The position numbers were made by a program, and so were the translations under genes. Below are positions 57,097-64,000 of a stretch of 64,000 bases of DNA, in pieces. The notes beneath the pieces were generated by a model that made no database searches, was not told the DNA's origin, and worked only from the letters and a program-made list of their open reading frames with translations. The stretch is from NCBI GenBank assembly GCA_963667175.2, contig CAXXXF010000002.1, forward strand, positions 96,001 to 160,000, read 5' to 3'. Position 1 is the first letter of the stretch. Every line of letters begins with the position of its first letter. This DNA comes from Candidatus Latescibacterota bacterium. GTDB taxonomy: Bacteria; Latescibacterota; UBA2968; GCA-2709665.

Positions 57097-59868
57097 ATGG
57101 AATATGCATGGTGGCGGTGGGCGCGCTCTAAATTGGTCTGCGCGCTGATCGTCGCCGCCCTCCCGCCCGACAATGCGTCGGCTGCCGGAAAGCCGTTATC
57201 GGAACTGGACGCCGCGTACACGCGCGGGCTCAAGGCCCGCGACGTGCCGGCGGTGGTTGCGGCGGCGAAGGCGCTGGAGCGGGCGCTTGTCGACCATCCG
57301 GACCACACGGGACTCATCCTGAACCGCGCCGGCATGCTCTACCTGCGGGTGGGCAGGGGCCGCGATGCGCGCTCGGCGTTCGAGCGCGCGGTCGAATTCG
57401 ACCCCACACTGGCCACGGCGCATTGCGGCCTGGGGAGGGTGGCCCTCGAGCTGGAAGGAGACCCCGGCGGGGCGTTGCCCCATCTGGAAGCCGCACTGCG
57501 CGCCGATTCCACGTATACCTGGACGCACACGTATCTTGCGCGGGCGCTTGCTCAGGTCGGTCGCCGGCGTCTAAAAGCCGGCGCCGCGGACAGTGCGCGC
57601 GCGGCGTTTGAACGCGCACTCGGATTCGACCCGGAGCAGGCCGCTGCGCATCGCGGCCTGGGCAGGCTGACCCTGGAACTGGAGGGAGACGCCGAGCGGG
57701 CGCTGCCGCATCTCGAAGCCGCGCTGCGGGCCGATTCGACCCTTGCCGAAACGCACTATCTGCTTGCCCGCGTCTACCAGGAAACCGGGCGTCCCGGCGC
57801 GAGGCGGGCCGCGGATCGCGCGCTTGAGTTCGATCCACGGTATGGGCCGGCCCACCTGCTGCTGGCCCGGTCCCACCATGAGGATCGCGACCTTCAGAGC
57901 GCAATGGTATACTTTGAAAAATATCTGGAACTGAAGCCTGCGGATCAGGCGGATGCGCTGGCATTTGCAAACGAGTTGCTCGAAGAAGAGAGATTCGAGG
58001 AAGTCGAAACCCTTACGTCTCTGATGACCGACGACCTCGCACTGCCGCTTCTCGCGCAGGCGCTGATGGCGCGGGGGAGTTACGAAGGCGCGCTCCGCGC
58101 GTTCAAGATCTACATCGAGAGCCTGGATCCGGAAGAGCAGGCGCTTTACCGGGACGTGACGCTGGTTGGGCTTCCGCACGAAATCGAGGCCTATCGCGCC
58201 ACCCCTCCGGAAAAGCGTGCGGCGTTCCTGCAGCGGTTCTGGCTCCGCCGCGACCCGTTCAAGGCCTCGCGGGGCGCGATGCGCCGGGCCGAACACCACC
58301 GGCGGGTGTGGTACGCCCGTACGACGTATGGTACGCTGAAATGGCCGTGGGACCGCCGCGGCGAGGTGTACATCAGGTACGGAGAACCGGACTACCGCTC
58401 CTCGTCATCGGCGCCGAATCCGAACGTGCCGCCCGCGGTCGAGCGCGTTCAGGACAATATGGCCTACCAGCTCTATGGATCTCAAGGGCCCGGCATCAGC
58501 TACGTGGGGCCCGTATTTCCGATTCGTACTGATCTCGGCTCCTTTCTGGAACCCAGCGAAGAGATCCGGCGCGACCTGCAGACGGCGGTAATCGAGGAAC
58601 TCGACCTGGCTGTGTTCGCGCCGGACCAGGCCGACCCGGGCGCCGGAGGCAACCCGGCCGCGGCGCCGCAGGAACTGGTGGATCTCGAGGATTCTCCCAT
58701 ACAGGCCGGCATCGATCCGGATCCGGAATTTGCCATCGGCCTGAGCGGGTGGAAGCCGGTCACGATGGGGCACAACTGGGCGTCGGTACCGTGGGAGGTC
58801 TGGGTATATGCAGGCGTTGGAAAGGGACTTGAAGTGGCGTTCACGGATGAACAGAACTCCGGCGTCTACGACTACGCGCCTGTGCCGGGAGTGAACAGCC
58901 AGGACCTCAAGAACCTCGATAGGGACCCGCACGTGGGGCAGATGGCCTATCTGCGGCTCATCCAGCGGCTCACGGAACTGGCGCCCTCAACGCGTGTCGC
59001 TTCCGTGTCGCGGGAAGAGCCCGAGTACTTCAGCGTCGCGGGGTTCGAGTCGCTCGACTTCAGCTATGACGTGATCACTTACCGGGGGAAAGACGCCGGT
59101 ACGGAAATCCAGGTGAACGTGGGCATCCCAATAGAGCACGTTGCGCTTCCCGGGGATACGGATGACAACGTGATGGTGAACCGGCGGGTGGCGCTTCTGG
59201 ACGGCCGGTACACGAACGTGTTGGCCCTGCAGCAGGATCTGGAGGCGCCGGTCTCCGGCCGGCGCCGCGACCGTGCCCTTCTGGACCGCGTGGACCTCCT
59301 GGACGTTCGTCCGGGAGACTACGAACTGGCCGTGCAGGTGCAGCGCCACAACACGAAACGGCTGCAGGCGTATTCGCAGAAGCTTTCCGTGGAAGACTAT
59401 TCCGGGGAAGGATTGATGTTGAGCGATCTGTTCGTGGCGCGGCAGGTGACCGCCGCGATGCCCGGGTCCGACCCGAAGTTCGTCCGGGGGAAATGGAGGA
59501 TTTCGCCGCTGCCGTCACACGTTTTCAATGCGGGTCAGCACGTGTTTGTCTATTTCGAAATCTACAATCTCGAGCAGGACGAATTCGGGGCGACCCGCTA
59601 CGAAGTGACTTACGAGGTCTACGGCACGGACGAGAGCGGCGCCAGCCTCTCACGCCTGAGGACGAGGATCCTGGGGCGGTCCGAGTCTGCCGTGACCGTT
59701 CGTTACGTTCAGACCGGAACCGACGCTTCGGTTGCGGATTACGTTGCACTGGACATCGGAGAGGGCGCCGCAGGGCGCCGCAGGGTCCGGATGACCGTAA
59801 AGGACATGAACAGCGGGCAGCAGGCGACCAAGGAGGGCCTGTTCTGGGTGAAGGAAGCCGCACAGTGA
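57097..59868 (+). CDS. TPR + GWxTD-like domain protein
   Basis: TPR helices; FW..RDP; EH.RRV.YA; variant motif WDRRGEVYIRYGEP; C-terminal half similar to 514-2628. Confidence 0.8.
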   Translation: MEYAWWRWARSKLVCALIVAALPPDNASAAGKPLSELDAAYTRGLKARDVPAVVAAAKALERALVDHPDHTGLILNRAGMLYLRVGRGRDARSAFERAVEFDPTLATAHCGLGRVALELEGDPGGALPHLEAALRADSTYTWTHTYLARALAQVGRRRLKAGAADSARAAFERALGFDPEQAAAHRGLGRLTLELEGDAERALPHLEAALRADSTLAETHYLLARVYQETGRPGARRAADRALEFDPRYGPAHLLLARSHHEDRDLQSAMVYFEKYLELKPADQADALAFANELLEEERFEEVETLTSLMTDDLALPLLAQALMARGSYEGALRAFKIYIESLDPEEQALYRDVTLVGLPHEIEAYRATPPEKRAAFLQRFWLRRDPFKASRGAMRRAEHHRRVWYARTTYGTLKWPWDRRGEVYIRYGEPDYRSSSSAPNPNVPPAVERVQDNMAYQLYGSQGPGISYVGPVFPIRTDLGSFLEPSEEIRRDLQTAVIEELDLAVFAPDQADPGAGGNPAAAPQELVDLEDSPIQAGIDPDPEFAIGLSGWKPVTMGHNWASVPWEVWVYAGVGKGLEVAFTDEQNSGVYDYAPVPGVNSQDLKNLDRDPHVGQMAYLRLIQRLTELAPSTRVASVSREEPEYFSVAGFESLDFSYDVITYRGKDAGTEIQVNVGIPIEHVALPGDTDDNVMVNRRVALLDGRYTNVLALQQDLEAPVSGRRRDRALLDRVDLLDVRPGDYELAVQVQRHNTKRLQAYSQKLSVEDYSGEGLMLSDLFVARQVTAAMPGSDPKFVRGKWRISPLPSHVFNAGQHVFVYFEIYNLEQDEFGATRYEVTYEVYGTDESGASLSRLRTRILGRSESAVTVRYVQTGTDASVADYVALDIGEGAAGRRRVRMTVKDMNSGQQATKEGLFWVKEAAQ

Positions 59869-59978
59869 TCGGGAGCGAAGTTCTGGTTGTCGCCTGGAAT
59901 TTACAGATGGATCGCTGTACCCTGTAAACGCGCGTTGAACGCATGCAAGCCGGCAGTGCAGGCAACGTGGAGGGTACA

Positions 59979-60689
59979 ATGCCGCAATCACTGCCTCCCA
60001 GACCCTGGATTACCGGAAACGTCATCCGAACCAGGCGTCCCGAAGCGGACGTGAAGGCGCAGTATCGGAAGGTCTTCCCCCTATGCGTCGGGATCTCGCT
60101 CGCCCTCCACGGCGCCGTCGCGTTTACTTTCCCGGCCTTCAGGCTCAGCGCGCCGGCCTCCGCGAAACATCCGGTTCTCATCCAGGTGACAGAGGTACCG
60201 GAAACCCGGCAGGGCACAAGGCTGCCTGCACTCGTACGGCCGGCGGTACCCCTCGAAACGGATAGCCGCGACCCGCTGCCCGAAGAGATCACCGTTTCCG
60301 CCGCCGACCAACTGGGATTTGACGCGGCGCCCATCCGCATCTCCACGCCCACGGACACGCTGGTCTCGGGTCCCCTCAAGGAGGAGGAAGTAGATGGTGA
60401 AGTGGTCTACCCCGCCCGGTTCGTGGAACGAAAGCCCAAACTCCTCAAGCAGGTGGAGCCGGCATATCCGGAAGAGGCGCGGCGGGCGGGCCTGGAGGGC
60501 GTCGTCCTGATGGAATTTACCGTGGGAAAGGACGGCCGGGTCAAAGACAGCGTGGTACTCAAGGGGCGCGAGGTGTTTCACCAGTCATCGCTGGACGCCC
60601 TCTCCGGTTTCCGATATCTGCCCGGGTACCAGAACCGCGAGGCGGTTGAGGTGCGCATGTACATCTACATCCGGTTTCAACTTGACTGA
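59979..60689 (+). CDS. tonB: Energy transducer TonB
   Basis: TM anchor SLALH; P.YPE.ARRAG.EG.V..EFTV..DGRV. Confidence 0.85.
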   Translation: MPQSLPPRPWITGNVIRTRRPEADVKAQYRKVFPLCVGISLALHGAVAFTFPAFRLSAPASAKHPVLIQVTEVPETRQGTRLPALVRPAVPLETDSRDPLPEEITVSAADQLGFDAAPIRISTPTDTLVSGPLKEEEVDGEVVYPARFVERKPKLLKQVEPAYPEEARRAGLEGVVLMEFTVGKDGRVKDSVVLKGREVFHQSSLDALSGFRYLPGYQNREAVEVRMYIYIRFQLD

Positions 60690-60719
60690 TGCCAGCCAAC
60701 CAGTACCGGAGAGACGAAA

Positions 60720-61910
60720 ATGGATGAAATTCGCATCGGGATCGCGGGCCTCGGAAACAGGGGGCTGCACTGGATCCGGCTATTGCAGAACATCCCCGGC
60801 TACCGGATCGCAGCGGTCTACGATTGGATCGAACCGCTTCAGGATCGGGCCCTCTCCGAGATTTCCTACCGGGACGAGGCACCCGCGTTCAGCGACTACG
60901 AAGCGTTCCTGGCCTATGATCGGATGGACGCCGTGGGCCTTGTGGTACGGCAGCCTGAGGTGGGGCGGATGGCTGCGGAGGCGCTGGAAGCGGGCAAGCA
61001 CGTGAACAGTGAGGTGCCGGGCGCGTACAGGATGGAGGAATGCTGGCGAATCGTAACCAACGTGGAGCGCACGGGTCTGGTCTACAGCCTGGCGGAGCAG
61101 ACGCGGTTCTGGGGCTTCGTGGACGGTTGGAAGCGCCTGGTTGACGACGGCAGATTGGGCAAAATCACGTACGCCGAGGGTCAGTACGTCGGGTACTACG
61201 GCACGCGCCAGTTTTTTCAGGACTACGCGACCGGCAGGCAATATTCGATTGAGGAACTGTCCGATCATCCCGAAGCCCGGCCGACGTTTCCCCACGAAAC
61301 GCCGCCCATTATCGCCGCCTCGTACGATCTGAGCATCCTGCTGAAGATCCTGGAGGACCGGGTGTCCGAAGTGACGGCGATGAGCACGAGGCGGCCGAGC
61401 TACGCGCATCCGCAAATCGGAAAGCCCGACGTGCAGGTGGCGCTGATGAAGACCGAAAAGGATACGCTGATTCGCATGCTGGACGGCCACACGCAGCCGC
61501 GGCCGCACGGAGACCACCACTGGTGGCAGCTGATAGGCACGAAGGGAAGCCTGGAGTGGCGCCGGTCGCGCAGCGAAATGCCGAAAGTGTGGTTCTCGGA
61601 CGCGCAGATGAACGACTGGTCGGAAGTGGACTGGCGTTACGAACGCACGGATGCGGCTCCCGAGGCGCGCGGCAGCGGCCACGGCGACGCGGACTCCTAC
61701 GTGCATATGCACTTTCGCGACGCAGTCCTCGACGAGAGACCGCTGGACTTCGACGTGTACAGGGCCATGGATACGGTTGCCGCGGCTGTACGGGCGATCG
61801 ACTCGATACAGGAGGAGAGCCGGTTGATGCGGGTTCCCGATTTTCGCCCGAACCGGGACCGCGCAGCGGGGCAGTTTCCGGCGGACCCGGGCGGCGTGGG
61901 GTTGCGCTGA
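60720..61910 (+). CDS. Gfo/Idh/MocA family oxidoreductase (GH109-like subgroup)
   Basis: IGIAGLGNRG; AGKHV.SEVP; YAEGQY; GSGHGDAD. Confidence 0.88.
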   Translation: MDEIRIGIAGLGNRGLHWIRLLQNIPGYRIAAVYDWIEPLQDRALSEISYRDEAPAFSDYEAFLAYDRMDAVGLVVRQPEVGRMAAEALEAGKHVNSEVPGAYRMEECWRIVTNVERTGLVYSLAEQTRFWGFVDGWKRLVDDGRLGKITYAEGQYVGYYGTRQFFQDYATGRQYSIEELSDHPEARPTFPHETPPIIAASYDLSILLKILEDRVSEVTAMSTRRPSYAHPQIGKPDVQVALMKTEKDTLIRMLDGHTQPRPHGDHHWWQLIGTKGSLEWRRSRSEMPKVWFSDAQMNDWSEVDWRYERTDAAPEARGSGHGDADSYVHMHFRDAVLDERPLDFDVYRAMDTVAAAVRAIDSIQEESRLMRVPDFRPNRDRAAGQFPADPGGVGLR

Positions 61911-61931
61911 GCGTGATTGGACGGGGGATCC

Positions 61932-63935
61932 ATGGCGGAAGGCGGCACGGCAGCAGCGCGGAGACAGCACCCGGTGCGCCAGGGAGTAACGACTCGCGCC
62001 GTCGGTTTCGGGCTCGGGCTGTCCGTCGCCGTCAATCTGCTCGCCAATACGATGCGGTACGTCCAGCACGGGTCGTATATGGCCATCAGCCTGATCCCCA
62101 TGGGCGACCTGCTGCTCTTTCTGCTGTCGTTGCTCATTTGTGCCGCGCTTGCACGCCGGTTCGGCCGGCGTTTCACGTTGGCGCCTGCGGAATGGATCAC
62201 GGTTTTCGGCATGGCGCTCATCAGCGCCATGGGCCCCACCTACGGTATCAGCGGATATCTGGTCAGCCAGATGGTGGCGCCCTACTACTTCGCCACGCCC
62301 GAGAACCGGTGGTCGGAGTATTTGCACCCGCATCTTCCCGGCTGGCTGATCTCAACGGACGAACGGCAGTCCATCACCATGTTTTTCGAAGGGCTTCCGG
62401 CCGGGGCGTCCATTCCCTGGCACGACTGGTGGGGGCCGCTGTTGTGGTGGTTCGGCTTCATCTCCGTTCTCGGGTTCGCCTGTGTCTGCGTGTCGGTGAT
62501 TCTTCACCGCCAGTGGGCGGACCACGAAAAACTGGTGTACCCCGCGCTGACACCGGTCCTGGAGATGGCGAACCGGAGCGGGTCCGGGGCGCGGGCCCTT
62601 CCGGAGTTCATGAAAGGAAGGGCGTTCTGGGCGGGCTTCGGGTTGACGTCGGGGGTATTCTGGCTGAATATGGCACATTGGTTCTATCCGGCATTTCCCA
62701 GGGTGATGAACACCCGCATGAGCTACGTGTGGGACCTCCTGCCCAAACAGTATCCCCCGTTCTGCGTCTATCTGAGCATATTCGTCATTTGCTTTTCCTA
62801 TTTCGCCAACCTGGAAGTCCTCTTCAGCATCTGGTTCTTCGATATCCTCTATATGATCGAAGCCGGGATTCTGAACAGACTGGGCGTGGTGGCGACGTCA
62901 CCGCACTACGGGTCCGGTCCGTACAACCTGACGAGCTACAAGTTCCAGACGGCCGGCGCCTTCGCGGCGCTGGTCGTCTGGTGGCTTTGGATTTCCAGGG
63001 GGCACCTTCGGGAGGTCTTCCGGAAGGCGATCCGCCCGTCCGGTTCCGCGCTGGATGACAGCAGGGAGTGGATATCCTATCGTGCGGCCGTAATCGGGCT
63101 GGTCGGCTGCTGCGTGTACATCGTGGCGTGGCTCGCGCAGATCGGCATCGAGCCGGGTATGATCCTGGTATTGACGCCGGCCATGTTCATCGTCTACATC
63201 GGCGTGGCGAAAGTGGTTGCCGACTCGGGGCTGGTCTACGTGGATCCGCCGGCGGTGGCCTGGGACTACGCGCTGTTCGGGCTGGGCGGAGCGCACAGGC
63301 TGAACCCGTCCACGAACGCCGCCTCCAGCCTGCTGCCGTTCACGGTCAACCACCCCAGGAGTTTCGCGCTGCCGGTGATCGCGCAGGTGAACCGCCTGGG
63401 GGATTTCATCCCCGAAGGCAAGCGGCGCTTTTTCTGGGGGGTCTTCGGGGCGTTCATAGTCGGCACGGTGGTTTCCACGCTCCAAACGGTCTGGATGGCC
63501 TACACCATGGGGGGATACAATTTCCAGCCGAACTGGCTGATCCTTCACGAAGGTGAATGGAACTACGGCCTTGCGGTGGATGCCCTGCGCAACCCCCGGC
63601 CCATCCTGGCCGTGGAATACTGGCTGTTCCTGGCGGGCGTGGTCGTGATGACGACCCTGAACCTGATGCGGTACCGGATGCCCCGGTGGCGGCTGCATCC
63701 GATCGGGTTCGCATTGTCGGGGACGATATTCGCCAGGCTGGAAAGCCTCACGCTCCTGGTCGCGTGGCTGATCAAGTTCCTAATGCTCAGGATCGGCGGC
63801 ACGGCATTCTACCGGCGATCGCTGCCCTTTTTTATCGGGATCCTCACGGCATATATCGTCGCGGTGATTGCGGGCGCGGTCGTGGACGCCATCTGGTTCC
63901 CGCGTTCGGGGCACCGGGTACACAGTTGGCATTGA
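61932..63935 (+). CDS. Polytopic membrane protein (DUF6785/DUF6784-like, putative transporter)
   Basis: Many TM segments; YYFATPENRW; PW..W..PL..W; RQW...EKL.YP; W.LHPIG; PFF.G. Confidence 0.7.
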   Translation: MAEGGTAAARRQHPVRQGVTTRAVGFGLGLSVAVNLLANTMRYVQHGSYMAISLIPMGDLLLFLLSLLICAALARRFGRRFTLAPAEWITVFGMALISAMGPTYGISGYLVSQMVAPYYFATPENRWSEYLHPHLPGWLISTDERQSITMFFEGLPAGASIPWHDWWGPLLWWFGFISVLGFACVCVSVILHRQWADHEKLVYPALTPVLEMANRSGSGARALPEFMKGRAFWAGFGLTSGVFWLNMAHWFYPAFPRVMNTRMSYVWDLLPKQYPPFCVYLSIFVICFSYFANLEVLFSIWFFDILYMIEAGILNRLGVVATSPHYGSGPYNLTSYKFQTAGAFAALVVWWLWISRGHLREVFRKAIRPSGSALDDSREWISYRAAVIGLVGCCVYIVAWLAQIGIEPGMILVLTPAMFIVYIGVAKVVADSGLVYVDPPAVAWDYALFGLGGAHRLNPSTNAASSLLPFTVNHPRSFALPVIAQVNRLGDFIPEGKRRFFWGVFGAFIVGTVVSTLQTVWMAYTMGGYNFQPNWLILHEGEWNYGLAVDALRNPRPILAVEYWLFLAGVVVMTTLNLMRYRMPRWRLHPIGFALSGTIFARLESLTLLVAWLIKFLMLRIGGTAFYRRSLPFFIGILTAYIVAVIAGAVVDAIWFPRSGHRVHSWH

Positions 63936-63951
63936 AGATCTGAAAAGCGGC

Positions 63952-63986
63952 GATCAGCGATTAGCTGTCAGCTCTCAGCCATCAGC
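63952..63986. repeat. Five tandem NNTYAGC heptamers
   Basis: GATCAGC GATTAGC TGTCAGC TCTCAGC CATCAGC. Confidence 0.75.
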
Positions 63987-64000
63987 TACATCCAGTTCGC

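Overview
This is 64 kb of GC-rich bacterial chromosome with no rRNA, tRNA or CRISPR array that I can see. The gene content (GWxTD proteins, a PorV-like barrel, a TonB-dependent receptor, dockerin-like EF-hand modules, many Gfo/Idh/MocA oxidoreductases) suggests an FCB-group lineage such as Latescibacterota or a Gemmatimonadota relative; this is inference only. Zone 1 (1-11.7 kb) is a catabolic cluster. Zone 2 (11.7-29.2 kb) is an accessory region: a MITE in two copies, IS3, an IS630 with an IS256 nested in its end, toxin-antitoxin genes, a SLATT-like gene with a Pro-rich micropeptide, and an array at about 24.65-27.3 kb. In that array a four-helix-bundle gene, vapBC and several gene fragments are bracketed by GAAGGAA-type heptamer tracts, and one copy of the four-helix-bundle cassette is empty. 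Zone 3 (29.2-64 kb) holds catabolic, peptide ABC transport and cell-envelope genes, including a TBDR / secreted cargo / PorV-like / GWxTD / TonB cluster. The most unusual signals are the heptamer-tract array and 19-28 bp CCTG...CAGG palindromes that are present in one MITE copy but not the other and that replace part of an IS630 catalytic domain. All product calls come from motif recognition by eye, not database searches.
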